Source: an uncultured Fimbriimonadaceae bacterium
GTDB taxonomy: Bacteria; Armatimonadota; UBA10988
Assembly: GCA_964531735.1 (NCBI GenBank)
Contig: CAZHGD010000005.1
Location: forward strand, 4,095 to 68,094
DNA: 64,000 bases
Reading direction: 5' to 3'
This document shows, piece after piece, positions 48,580-57,912 of this stretch. Each line of letters starts with the position of its first letter. Within the stretch, counting starts at the first letter, position 1. The notes under the pieces are model-generated. The model saw nothing but the letters and a program-made list of their open reading frames with translations. It made no database searches and had not been told where the DNA came from. The position numbers were made by a program, and so were the translations under genes.

Positions 48580-50154
48580 ATGGCGCGATGGCTGGGTGTG
48601 TGTCTGCTGCTGCCGCTGGTGGCAATAGCGGCTGAGAGGACCGTGCGACCGGCGCTGACCGCCGACACCGCGCCGCAGTGGCGGTTCGTCAGCGGGCGCT
48701 GGCAACTGGCCGACGGCGTGCTGCGCCAGACGCAGCCCGACCGGCTCGGCGCCGCGGTGCTGGCCGGTCCGGCGTTCACCGACAGCGAGCTGTCGGTCGA
48801 GTTCCGGATCGCGGCCGAGGGCCAAGGCGTGCGCGCGGCGGCGGTGCTGTTCCGCGCCACCGGCACGCTGACCTACTACTGGCTGCACCTCGACTCGAAG
48901 CACAGCCAGGCGATCCTGGTGCGCCGCACGCCGCACAACCCGTGGATCGAGATCACGCGCCGCCGCGGCGTGGCCATCGCGTCGGAGCAGTGGCACCGCG
49001 TGCAGGTGGGCTGCGTGGGTGGTCACGTTACGGTGCGACTGGACGACCGCGAGATCCTGCAAGCCGACGACACCAACCTGCCGGCCGGCTACGTCGGCCT
49101 GGGCACCAGCCAGGGCCAAGTGGAGTTCCGCACGCTGGTGGTGAAAGGACAGACCGCCATGGACACACCGCTGCGCGACGAGCAGCCGCCGTTCCGCGTC
49201 ATCTCACTGGGTGCTGCGGCCGGGCCGTACCAGGCGTTTCCCGATGTCTGCCGCTGCGCCAACGGCGACCTGTTGGCCGTGTTCTACGCCGGCTATGGCC
49301 ATGTCTCGCTGCCGACGGCCGCGTGGCCGAAGGGCGGCCGCATCGGCATGGTGCGCTCCAGCGACGACGGCCGAACCTGGACCGAGACGGCGGTGTTGTT
49401 CGACAGCGACCTGGACGACCGCGATCCGCACATCGCGCAGATGAGTGACGGCAGCCTGGTGTGTACGTTCTTCCAGTACTGGCGCGACGGCAACCAGACG
49501 CGGTTCGTCACCTGCCTGACGCGGTCGCGCGATGGTGGCCGCACGTGGGACACCACCGCACAGCGGATCAGCCCCGAGGGCTGGGCGGTCTCGGCACCGG
49601 TGCGTGAGTTGCGCGATGGCACCTGGCTGCTCGGCGTCTACACCGAGTCGGGCGGCCACGCCTGGGGCGGTGTGCTGCGCTCCACCGACCGCGGCGCCAC
49701 CTGGAGCGCACCGATCCCCATCGGCCAGGAGGCCAACCTGCCGCTGGACGCCGAGACCGACGTGATCGAGTTGCGCGACGGCACCATCCTGGCGGCGCTG
49801 CGCAGCAGCAAGGTCAATCTGCACGTGGCCACCAGCGCCGATAAGGGCCTGACCTGGACGCCGGTCAAGGACGCCGGCTTCCCCGGCCATGCGCCGCACC
49901 TCTACCGTCTGAGCACGGGCGAGATCCTGATGACGCACCGGCTGCCGGCCACGGCGGCGCACCTCAGCCGCGACGACGGCCGCACCTGGCAAGGGCCGTA
50001 CCAGCTCGACAGCGTCGGCGGCGCCTATCCGTCTTCGGTAGAGCTGCGCGATGGGAGCGTGTTGGTCATCTACTACGAAGAGGGCGAAGGCAGCGCGATC
50101 CGGGCACTGCGGGTGCGGGTGACCGCCCAGGGCGTGGAAGTGGCGGGGCCGTAG
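48580..50154 (+). CDS. secreted DUF1080 (3-keto-glycoside hydrolase-like jelly roll) plus BNR/Asp-box sialidase-like (GH33-type) protein
   Basis: Signal peptide MARWLGVCLLLPLVAIAA. Five Asp-box repeats (SSDDGRTW, SRDGGRTW, STDRGATW, SADKGLTW, SRDDGRTW). 13 bp after the GRE stop codon, with AAAGGGG SD. Confidence 0.85.
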   Translation: MARWLGVCLLLPLVAIAAERTVRPALTADTAPQWRFVSGRWQLADGVLRQTQPDRLGAAVLAGPAFTDSELSVEFRIAAEGQGVRAAAVLFRATGTLTYYWLHLDSKHSQAILVRRTPHNPWIEITRRRGVAIASEQWHRVQVGCVGGHVTVRLDDREILQADDTNLPAGYVGLGTSQGQVEFRTLVVKGQTAMDTPLRDEQPPFRVISLGAAAGPYQAFPDVCRCANGDLLAVFYAGYGHVSLPTAAWPKGGRIGMVRSSDDGRTWTETAVLFDSDLDDRDPHIAQMSDGSLVCTFFQYWRDGNQTRFVTCLTRSRDGGRTWDTTAQRISPEGWAVSAPVRELRDGTWLLGVYTESGGHAWGGVLRSTDRGATWSAPIPIGQEANLPLDAETDVIELRDGTILAALRSSKVNLHVATSADKGLTWTPVKDAGFPGHAPHLYRLSTGEILMTHRLPATAAHLSRDDGRTWQGPYQLDSVGGAYPSSVELRDGSVLVIYYEEGEGSAIRALRVRVTAQGVEVAGP

Positions 50155-50328
50155 GCGTGAGGCGCCGCGGACTCTGTGGTGTCAAGGTCTGACGGATTGA
50201 GCTGATCGGTCGGATCTGTCGGGTCGGCCCGGTCCACGAGGCCGCCCGTGACCAGCGTTGTGTGCCGCCAGCTTGCCCCGCACGCCGGCATGTGCTACAC
50301 CTTCGGCGACGTCCACAGGAGCCTGCTC

Positions 50329-51576
50329 ATGCCGTGCGACTGCTCACCCGGTGACACCTCGCGACGCGAGTTCCTCCTCACCGCCGGCGCGCTGATGGCC
50401 ACGGCGGCGGGCGGCTTCGGGGCCGACCTCCCGGCGCGCGTCAAACAGGAGGGCCAGCGCACCTGGCTCGAGGGCAACGAGCCCTATCGGGTGCTGGAGC
50501 CGCTGTTCGAGGCCGTGCGCGTAGCGCTGGCCTACCGCGGCGAGCGCTACTCGCCAGCCTACGTGCAGGGCCTGTCGGGCGCGGCCTTCCGCATTGCCGG
50601 CATCTGCCCGTGCGCGCCGACGTGCAACAGCGCCATGGCGCCGGAGAAGCTGGCCGAGCTGCTCGGGTACGAGGTCAAGCTGATGATGCTCGACGAGCCG
50701 CAGCCGGGGCAGATCAAGGCGCTGGCCGACGCCATGCGCGCCAACCGCGGCGCCCTGCCGAGCGATGAGCAACTGGCCAAGCCCGAGTTGCGCGAACTGC
50801 GGCGGCGACTGCTGGCCATCCTCGCGGCCGTCAAGGACGAGGTCCGGGCCGGCCGGCCGGCGGTCGTCTGGAACGCCTTCACCAAGGCCGAGTTCGACGT
50901 GGTCACCGGCTTCGACGACGCCAAGGGCACCTTCGTCGGTCGCGGGTCGTACGCCGGGCTGGGCGGCGAGCCGGCCAGCGCGCCGCAGACGGCCACGCTG
51001 GGCGCGGTCTACATCGGCGGTCCGCCCGGGGCCATCCTGATCGGGGCCAAGGTGCGTGAACTGGAGGCGCGCACCGCCGAACTGGCTGCGCTCAAGGAAG
51101 CGGTGCGGCACGGCCGGTCGGACCTCAACCAGGACAGCCTCGGCACCAAGAAGTGGGCCATGCTGGAAGGACTGCGCTGCTACGACCGCTGGATCCAGGA
51201 CTTCCGCAGTCCGACCAAGAAGCGCGACCTGGGTGACTCCTACTGCTTCAGCATCTTGTGCAGCACGCGCGCGGCGGCGGCCGAGTTTGTACGCGGGATT
51301 GCGCCGCGCCACCCGGCCATGCAGACCGACCTGGCGGCCGCGGCCGAGCGGTTCGCCGCTGAAGCCGCGGCCCTCAAGCACGGCGCGCCGTTGCTGGGCT
51401 GGAAAGCGCCGGCCGGACCGGACGCCCGGCGCAATGAGCAGGTCGTCGACGTGCTGTTCGCCGCGCGCGAGCACTACGCGGGCGGCATTGTCTGCCTGGA
51501 GCGGGCGCTGGGCCTGCCAGCCCCGGTCGCCAACGGTCGGCGCCGCAGCTTTGGTCTGCGGACGCGCCGCCGGTAG
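50329..51576 (+). CDS. Tat-exported hypothetical protein, Cys-rich (CPCAPTC)
   Basis: SRREFLLTAGALMATAAG twin-arginine signal. AGGAG lies 7 nt upstream of ATG 50329. Function not recognised. Confidence 0.65.
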   Translation: MPCDCSPGDTSRREFLLTAGALMATAAGGFGADLPARVKQEGQRTWLEGNEPYRVLEPLFEAVRVALAYRGERYSPAYVQGLSGAAFRIAGICPCAPTCNSAMAPEKLAELLGYEVKLMMLDEPQPGQIKALADAMRANRGALPSDEQLAKPELRELRRRLLAILAAVKDEVRAGRPAVVWNAFTKAEFDVVTGFDDAKGTFVGRGSYAGLGGEPASAPQTATLGAVYIGGPPGAILIGAKVRELEARTAELAALKEAVRHGRSDLNQDSLGTKKWAMLEGLRCYDRWIQDFRSPTKKRDLGDSYCFSILCSTRAAAAEFVRGIAPRHPAMQTDLAAAAERFAAEAAALKHGAPLLGWKAPAGPDARRNEQVVDVLFAAREHYAGGIVCLERALGLPAPVANGRRRSFGLRTRRR

Positions 51577-51591
51577 GCGCGCGGCGGTGGT

Positions 51592-51620
51592 TTGACCGGT
51601 GGCTGACCGGTGGGTACACT
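51592..51620 (+). promoter_or_regulatory. sigma70-like promoter TTGACC-N17-TACACT, whose spacer holds a tandem direct repeat GACCGGTGG-ct-GACCGGTGG
   Basis: Read directly. It ends about 20 nt upstream of the ATG of the FAD oxidoreductase gene. Confidence 0.3.
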
Positions 51621-51641
51621 GCGGGCCAACCGGAGCCGCCG

Positions 51642-54323
51642 ATGTTGGCCACCTATGCGCTTGCCCTGTTGCCGCTGCTGGCTGCCCTGCCCGACCCGCA
51701 GGCGGCCAGTGTGCTGGTTGAGGCCGAACGGTTCGACCAGCCCGGTGGCTGGCTCATCGACGCGCAGTTCCGGATGCAGATGGGCTCGACCTATCTGCTG
51801 GCCGCCGGCATCGGCACACCCGTGGCCGACGCCACCACCACCGTCAAGCTGCCGCGCGCGGGCACCTACCGCCTGTTCGTGCGCTGCAAGGACTGGGACC
51901 GGACCTCGCCCGGCGCGTTCCAGGTGCTGGTGGGCGGCCGGGCCAGCGAGGTGCGCTTCGGCACGCAGCGGCAGGGCTGGGCCTGGATTGCCGGCGGTGC
52001 GTTCGAGCTGCCGGCCGGCGCGGTGACCGTGGCGCTGCACGATCTGACGGGCTACTACGGCCGCTGCGACGCCGTGCTGCTGACCACCGACGCCAACTAC
52101 ACGCCGAGCAACGATGCCGCGGCGGTGGTGGCCTTGCGCCAGCAGTTGCTGCCGCCGCCGGCGCCGGTCACCTCGCAGTGGGACCTGGTCGTGGTCGGCG
52201 GCGGTTACGGCGGCGTCTGCACGGCGCTGCAAGCCGCGCGCCTGGGTCTGAAGACCGTCCTGGTGCAGAACCGGCCGGTGCTGGGCGGCAACGCCAGCGA
52301 CGAGATCCGCGTCGGCCCCGGCGGTGCGTCGCCGCACACGTCGCGGTTCCGCGAGACCGGCCTGTGCGAGGAGATTGCCGAGGGCCGCGTGCGGCCCAGC
52401 ATGAAGGGCTTCAGCGGTGCCATCGACCTGCTGGTGGCCGCCGAGAGCAACCTGACCGTGCTGCTCAACACCGAAGGGCAGCGCGCGGTGATGGACGGTC
52501 AGCGGCGCATCGCGGCCGTCGAGGCCGAGAATGTCATCGACGGCCGCCGCTACGTGCTCCGCGCGCCGCTGTTCGCCGACTGCACCGGCGACGGCCACCT
52601 CGCGTTCACCGCCGGCGCCGCGTTCCGCGTGGGCCAGGAGGCGCGGGCCGAGTATCACGAGAGCTACGCGCCCGAGCAGGCCAATCCGCACACCATGGGC
52701 ACGTCCATCCTGCACGGCTCCAAGCCGATGGACACCCCGCAGCGCTACGCGCCGCCGGCGTTTGCCGTGCGGTTCACCAAGGAGCACTTCCAGCACCGCA
52801 CCGAGACCATGCTGCACGGCAACTGGTGGGTCGAGTACGGCGGCCTGCGCGACACCATCGGTGACGCCGAGGAGATCCGCGACGAGCTGTTGCGAGTGGT
52901 CTTTGGCGCGTTCGACTACGCCAAGAACCACGACCGGGCCAACCGCGACCGCGCCGCCAACTACCGGCTGACGCACGTGCCCACCGTTGGCGGCAAGCGC
53001 GAGTCACGCCGGTTCATGGGCGACGTGGTGCTGACGCAGAACGACCTGGAGACGGCGCGGCTGTGGCCCGACCGCGTGGCCTGGGGCGGTTGGTCCATTG
53101 ACCTGCACCCCTCGCCGGGCATCTACGGCAAGGAGATTCCACCGTTCACGCCCTACGCGCTCAAGCAGCCGTACAGCATCCCGTACCGCATCCTCTTCCC
53201 CAAGGGCCTGGACAACCTGTTCATGGCGGGTCGCCACGTCAGTGTGACCCATGTGGCCCTGGGCTCGACGCGGCTGATGCAGACCATCGGCACCATGGGC
53301 CAGGCCTGCGGCGCGGCGGCCTTCCTGTGCCGGAAGTACGCCTGCGACCCGCGCGGTCTCTACCCCGAGCGCATCGGTGAGTTGCAGCAACTGCTGCTCA
53401 AGTGGGACGCCTACCTGCCGCAGGTGAGCAACGAGGATCCCGGCGACCTGTGCCGCGGCGCGAAGGCCACGGCGTCGAGCACCGCGCCGGTGTCGGTCTC
53501 GGTCTACGGCGCCGAGCCGCCGTGGACCAAGGACGCCCCCCTGACCATGGCGCGCGCCCAGACCATCGTGGCGGCCAAGGCTGGCGTCACCGCGGTGCAG
53601 GTGCTGCTGGCGAACCGCGGCGAGCAGGAGCAGACCGCGACGGTCCACCTGGAGCAGGGCCCGCTGGGCGCGGATGGCAACAAGCCGCTGTGGCAGGTCG
53701 AGGCCAAGGTCAAGCCGGGCGCGTTCCGCTGGATTGAGTTCAAGCTGCCGGAGGCGCTGCCGGTGATGAAGCCGTACCTGCTGTGGGTGGCGCCGAGCCC
53801 GGGCCTGGTGATGAAGATCGCCGAGGACGCCGACGGTGAACGCGCCTGGGGCAAGCCCGGCGCTTGGACTCATTCGCACGGGCTCTACGCCATCCGGCCG
53901 CTGAGCCGGTTCCAGGAGCTGGGCAACGTCGGTCCCAGCGCGGCAGTGGACGGGCTGAAGTGGCCGCTGGCCGGTGAAGGCCATCAGTGGCGCAGCGATG
54001 CCACGCAGGGGCTGCCGCAGTGGCTGGAGATCGACCTCGGCCGCCAGGTAGCGCTGAACACGGTCTACCTGACCTTCGACACCAACATCTACGGCCGCTT
54101 CGCGACGGCGCGGCCCGGTGCCGAGGTGACCGCGCAGGACTACCGCCTGCTCTACCGCGTCGGCAACGACTGGCGGCAGGCGTGCAGCGAACAGGGCAAC
54201 CGGCGCCGCTTCCGCCGGCACCGCTTCGCAACGGTGACCACCGACCGCCTACGGCTGGAGATCACCGCCGCGCGCAACGGCCAAGAGGCCCGCGTCTACG
54301 AGATCCGCGCCTACCACGAGTGA
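51642..54323 (+). CDS. secreted FAD-dependent oxidoreductase (FAD_oxidored/PF12831-like) with a C-terminal F5/8 type C (discoidin) carbohydrate-binding domain
   Basis: DLVVVGGGYGGVCTALQAARLGLKTVLVQNRPVLGGN (GxGxxG dinucleotide fold). A C-terminal beta-sandwich-like region. Signal peptide. Confidence 0.8.
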   Translation: MLATYALALLPLLAALPDPQAASVLVEAERFDQPGGWLIDAQFRMQMGSTYLLAAGIGTPVADATTTVKLPRAGTYRLFVRCKDWDRTSPGAFQVLVGGRASEVRFGTQRQGWAWIAGGAFELPAGAVTVALHDLTGYYGRCDAVLLTTDANYTPSNDAAAVVALRQQLLPPPAPVTSQWDLVVVGGGYGGVCTALQAARLGLKTVLVQNRPVLGGNASDEIRVGPGGASPHTSRFRETGLCEEIAEGRVRPSMKGFSGAIDLLVAAESNLTVLLNTEGQRAVMDGQRRIAAVEAENVIDGRRYVLRAPLFADCTGDGHLAFTAGAAFRVGQEARAEYHESYAPEQANPHTMGTSILHGSKPMDTPQRYAPPAFAVRFTKEHFQHRTETMLHGNWWVEYGGLRDTIGDAEEIRDELLRVVFGAFDYAKNHDRANRDRAANYRLTHVPTVGGKRESRRFMGDVVLTQNDLETARLWPDRVAWGGWSIDLHPSPGIYGKEIPPFTPYALKQPYSIPYRILFPKGLDNLFMAGRHVSVTHVALGSTRLMQTIGTMGQACGAAAFLCRKYACDPRGLYPERIGELQQLLLKWDAYLPQVSNEDPGDLCRGAKATASSTAPVSVSVYGAEPPWTKDAPLTMARAQTIVAAKAGVTAVQVLLANRGEQEQTATVHLEQGPLGADGNKPLWQVEAKVKPGAFRWIEFKLPEALPVMKPYLLWVAPSPGLVMKIAEDADGERAWGKPGAWTHSHGLYAIRPLSRFQELGNVGPSAAVDGLKWPLAGEGHQWRSDATQGLPQWLEIDLGRQVALNTVYLTFDTNIYGRFATARPGAEVTAQDYRLLYRVGNDWRQACSEQGNRRRFRRHRFATVTTDRLRLEITAARNGQEARVYEIRAYHE

Positions 54324-55228
54324 GGCGCTGCCTCGTGACGAGCGATGAACGCCGCGATGCTCGCGATGGCGTCGCGCGCCTCAGGCAGTAGCGGCTCGTG
54401 CGACTGGAAGACGTGGAACAGACCGTCGTACACCTCGAGCTGGACGTCGACGCCCTGCCCTTGCGCCTTGGCCGCCACGCGAACGCTGTCGTCGCGGATG
54501 ATCTCGTGCTCGCCCACCTGGATCAGCAGCGGCGGCAGACCGGCGTAGTCGCCGAACACCGGTGAGGCCAGCGGGTGGCGCCAGTCGTCCTCGGCCGCGT
54601 AGAGCCGCACGAAGTCGGGCAGGCAGCGCGGGTGCATGATCGGGTCGAGTTCGCCTGCGGTGCAGATCGAGTCGCCGCTGAGCGTCAGGTCGGTGAACGG
54701 CGAGAGGGCGATGCCACCGTCCGGCAGCGGCTGGTCGCGGTCGCGCAAGGCGAGCAGCGTGGCCAAGGTCAGCCCGCCGCCGGCCGAGTCGCCGGCGATG
54801 AACAGCGAGCGGGCTGGCTCAGCGCGGTGCGGCCCGTGCTCGCGCAGCCAGGCCGCGGCGCGCAGACAGTCCTCCAGCCCGGCGGGGAAGCGGTGCTCCG
54901 GCGCCAGCCGGTAGTCGGGCAGCAGCACCGCGCACTGGGCCGCCGCCGAGAGGTGGGCGGCCAACGCCAGGTAGAACGCGCCCGCTCCGGAGACGTAGCC
55001 GCCACCGTGCAGGTAGAGCAGGCGCCGATCCGGGTCGGCGCCCTCGGCGAGCACCCACTCAGCCGGCAGGTCGCCCAGGTCGACGGTCGCGCCGGTGACG
55101 CCGGCGATGGTCGGTGGCCGGCGCGTGGCCATGCAGGCGCGCAGCTCGGCGAGGTCGAACCCGTTGGCGCCGAAGGCCGGCGTCTCGTGCAGCATCCGGA
55201 AGTAGGCCTGGCTGGCGGGCGAGGTCAT
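54311..55228 (-). CDS. alpha/beta-hydrolase fold-3 esterase/lipase (HGGG family)
   Basis: LHGGGYVSG oxyanion motif and GDSAGG nucleophile elbow. The start was refined to MTSPASQ. The 3' end overlaps the FAD oxidoreductase gene by 13 nt (convergent). Confidence 0.8.
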   Translation of the reverse strand: MTSPASQAYFRMLHETPAFGANGFDLAELRACMATRRPPTIAGVTGATVDLGDLPAEWVLAEGADPDRRLLYLHGGGYVSGAGAFYLALAAHLSAAAQCAVLLPDYRLAPEHRFPAGLEDCLRAAAWLREHGPHRAEPARSLFIAGDSAGGGLTLATLLALRDRDQPLPDGGIALSPFTDLTLSGDSICTAGELDPIMHPRCLPDFVRLYAAEDDWRHPLASPVFGDYAGLPPLLIQVGEHEIIRDDSVRVAAKAQGQGVDVQLEVYDGLFHVFQSHEPLLPEARDAIASIAAFIARHEAAPHSW

Positions 55229-55301
55229 CGCGCAGACTCCGCGGCAGACGGCGGTAGTGTACCCGTCCGGCGCGGCGCTGGCGAGTGTCGGCCCGGTGGC
55301 C

Positions 55302-56675
55302 TCAAGCCGTGGCCGGCACAGCCGTCGGCGGATACTGCCGGTAGACCTTCGCCATGGTCCAGACCGCCAGCAGCAGGCCCAGAGCGTCGGCCACGGGTTG
55401 GCTGGCATAGGCGCCCAGCACGCCCCAGTAGGCCGACATGACGTAGACCAGCGGCAGCACCAGCACGGCGCCGCGCGAGACGGTCAGCCACATGGCCGCC
55501 GCGCCCTTGCCCATGCCCTGGAGCGTGAAGACCGCCATCATCTGCGGCTCGACCAGGAAGAAGGTGCTGATCTGTAGGCGCAACGCCAGCACACCCAGCC
55601 GCTGCAACTCCGCGTCGTGGGCAAACGGCTTGATGATCCACGGCGCGAAGAGGATCACCAGCACGCCGAGGATGAACCCGCCCGTGCCGGTCCAGACTGC
55701 GGCGAAGCGGTAGGCGTACCACATGCGGCGGTAGTCGCGGGCGCCGAACGCGTAGCCGACGATGGGCGTCAGCGCCTGGTTCACGCTGCCGCCGAGGCAG
55801 GCGATGATCAGGAACATGACCCGGTTGCCCAGGCCGACCCCGGCAATGGCGGCGGCGCCGAAGCCGCCCAGCACATGGTTGATCAGCGAGGCGACAATGC
55901 CGCGCAGCACCATGGTCGCCGCTGCCGGCGCGCCGACTTCGAGGATGTCCCACATCACCTGCGGCCGCAGCCGCAGGTGGTGCCAGCGCAAGTGGTAGCC
56001 GCTGCGCGGCCCGCACATGTAGCGCGCGGCGACGTAGGCGGAGACGAGCTGCCCGCAGATGGTGGCGATGGCGGCGCCCTGCATCTCCAGACGCGGGCAG
56101 CCGTACCAACCGTAGATGAGGAACGGGTCGAGCACGGCGGTGACCAAGGTGCCGCTGAGCGTAATGACCATCGGCGTCCAGGTGTTGCCCGCGCCGCGGA
56201 ACAGGCCACCCAGCGCGCCGCCGCTCATAGCGAAGGGGAAGCCGAGTGAGACGGTCTGCAGGAAGACCACCGACGGTCCGATCACCTCCGGCGTGGCGCC
56301 GAGCGCGCGGACCAAGGGGTGGGCCGCGACCAGCCCGACGACCATGAACACGAGGCCCATGCCGACCGATAGGAGGACGCCTTGCCCGGCAGCCTGGTTG
56401 GCCTCGTCGACGCGCGTGGCGCCGAACCGCCGCGACACCAGCGACATGACCCCGGCACTGACGCCCATGCCCACCGCGCCGGCGATCATCATGAACGGCA
56501 TCAGCACCGTCAACGCCGCAATCGCTTGCGTGCCCGTGGGCAGACCAGCCACCCAGTAGGCGTCGACGATGTTGTAGAGCGCCATGCTGACCATGCCGAC
56601 CATGCCGGGAATGCTCAGCTTGACCATCAGCGGACCGAGTGCGGCCGAGCCCAGGTCGGTCGTTCGTTGGTCCAT
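55302..56675 (-). CDS. MATE-family efflux transporter
   Basis: 12-TM pattern with a typical MATE N-terminus (KLSIPGMVGMVSMALYNIVDAYWVAGL). Start at the first ATG (MDQRTTD). The TTG at 56723 is an alternative. Confidence 0.85.
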   Translation of the reverse strand: MDQRTTDLGSAALGPLMVKLSIPGMVGMVSMALYNIVDAYWVAGLPTGTQAIAALTVLMPFMMIAGAVGMGVSAGVMSLVSRRFGATRVDEANQAAGQGVLLSVGMGLVFMVVGLVAAHPLVRALGATPEVIGPSVVFLQTVSLGFPFAMSGGALGGLFRGAGNTWTPMVITLSGTLVTAVLDPFLIYGWYGCPRLEMQGAAIATICGQLVSAYVAARYMCGPRSGYHLRWHHLRLRPQVMWDILEVGAPAAATMVLRGIVASLINHVLGGFGAAAIAGVGLGNRVMFLIIACLGGSVNQALTPIVGYAFGARDYRRMWYAYRFAAVWTGTGGFILGVLVILFAPWIIKPFAHDAELQRLGVLALRLQISTFFLVEPQMMAVFTLQGMGKGAAAMWLTVSRGAVLVLPLVYVMSAYWGVLGAYASQPVADALGLLLAVWTMAKVYRQYPPTAVPATA

Positions 56676-56832
56676 GGTGCCCGATTCGGGCGGCGCCAGG
56701 GCAGTGTCGTCGGCCACGTGCAACTCCAGTCCGCCGGTCGTGTGATGGTTACAACGCGCAGCAGTTGCAACAGGTTACCACTGGTGCGCGCGCCAGGGGA
56801 CCTTTGGGCAGACGTTGAGCGCGCGGCAACGT

Positions 56833-57912
56833 TCAGCGCCAGGCGCGGCGACCTTCGTCGAGGACCAGCAGGTACTGCGACACGGGCATGTAGTCGGTCA
56901 GCGAGTTGCCGGTGCCCAGCGCCCAGTAGCCGCCGGCGGTGCAGCGGGCGATCTTCTCGCGCGCATAGGCTCGCAGGTGCGGCTCGTCCAGCCGGCAGAT
57001 GGCGTCCACGTCCAGCCCGCCGAGCGGCGTCACGCGCCGGCCGTACTGCGCCTGGAAGTCCTCGACGGGCAGGATGCTGTCCTCGAACGAATGCTTGGCG
57101 TCGATGCGGCAGGTGTCGATCAGGTCGTCGTAGATGGCGCCCAGGTTGCCGCACGAGTGCAGGATGAACGGCTTGCCGGCCGCGTGGGCCGCCGCGGCCT
57201 GCGCGGTGTAGATGGGCAAGACCAGGCGGCGCAAGGCGTCGGGTGGCAGAAAGGTGGCGGTGCGGAAGCCCAGGTCGTCGCCCTGGCGCAGCGCGCCCAC
57301 CGCGTCCATGGTGGCCAGTTGCCGGCAGGCGCTGACGTGCAGCCGGCCGAGCTGGGCGAACACGCGCTCGAGCAGCTCCGGGTTGTCGTGGAGCAGCAGC
57401 GACAGGCCCATCACACCGAGCAGATAGGTGGCCCACTCGAACGGCCCGGCGCAGACGCCGCCGACGATCTTGGCGCCGTCGGGCAGCAGCGCGGCGACGG
57501 TCTCGAAGTGGCGGAACTCGATCGGGTCGGCTTCGTCGGGCCAGGGATAGGCCGCGAAGTCGGCCAGGGAGCGAATGCACACGGTGGCCTCGCTCTGGTG
57601 CGAGACCGCGCCGGCCACGTGGTGGGCCGTCGGCAGCGTCAGCCGCGGCGGAATCTCCATCGGCACACAGTCGAAGCCCAGGCCGAGCCAGAAGTCGACG
57701 TAGATGCGCCAGTACTCGGTGTCCTGCGGCGACATCCGGTCGAACGCCGTGCCGGTGCGCCGCGCGATGAAGCCCGGGCTGGCCAGGTGCTCATAGCACG
57801 GCAGATGCGTCGGCGTGCCCTCGCGGCGCAGCACCTTGAGGAACTGGTCGAAGTCTGGTTGGTGAGCGGTCACACGCGTCTCCCGTCGATCAGGGCAGTT
57901 CCAGCAGACCAC
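56833..57912 (-). CDS. uroporphyrinogen-decarboxylase (URO-D)-fold protein of the MtaA/CmuA methyltransferase-like family
   Basis: QFLKVLRREGTPTHLPCYEHL matches the family N-terminus (…EGKPVDRVPV…). TIM-barrel length about 360 aa. The GTG start overlaps the upstream beta-helix gene by 23 nt. Confidence 0.7.
   Translation of the reverse strand: MVCWNCPDRRETRVTAHQPDFDQFLKVLRREGTPTHLPCYEHLASPGFIARRTGTAFDRMSPQDTEYWRIYVDFWLGLGFDCVPMEIPPRLTLPTAHHVAGAVSHQSEATVCIRSLADFAAYPWPDEADPIEFRHFETVAALLPDGAKIVGGVCAGPFEWATYLLGVMGLSLLLHDNPELLERVFAQLGRLHVSACRQLATMDAVGALRQGDDLGFRTATFLPPDALRRLVLPIYTAQAAAAHAAGKPFILHSCGNLGAIYDDLIDTCRIDAKHSFEDSILPVEDFQAQYGRRVTPLGGLDVDAICRLDEPHLRAYAREKIARCTAGGYWALGTGNSLTDYMPVSQYLLVLDEGRRAWR

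Noticed and set aside
56641-56723. Reading-frame inconsistency near the MATE N-terminus (a CAGGGG run versus the ORF-track translation)
   Set aside because: My hand count suggested an extra G relative to the provided translation. This is most likely my mis-indexing of the poly-G, not a frameshift, and I deferred to the ORF track.
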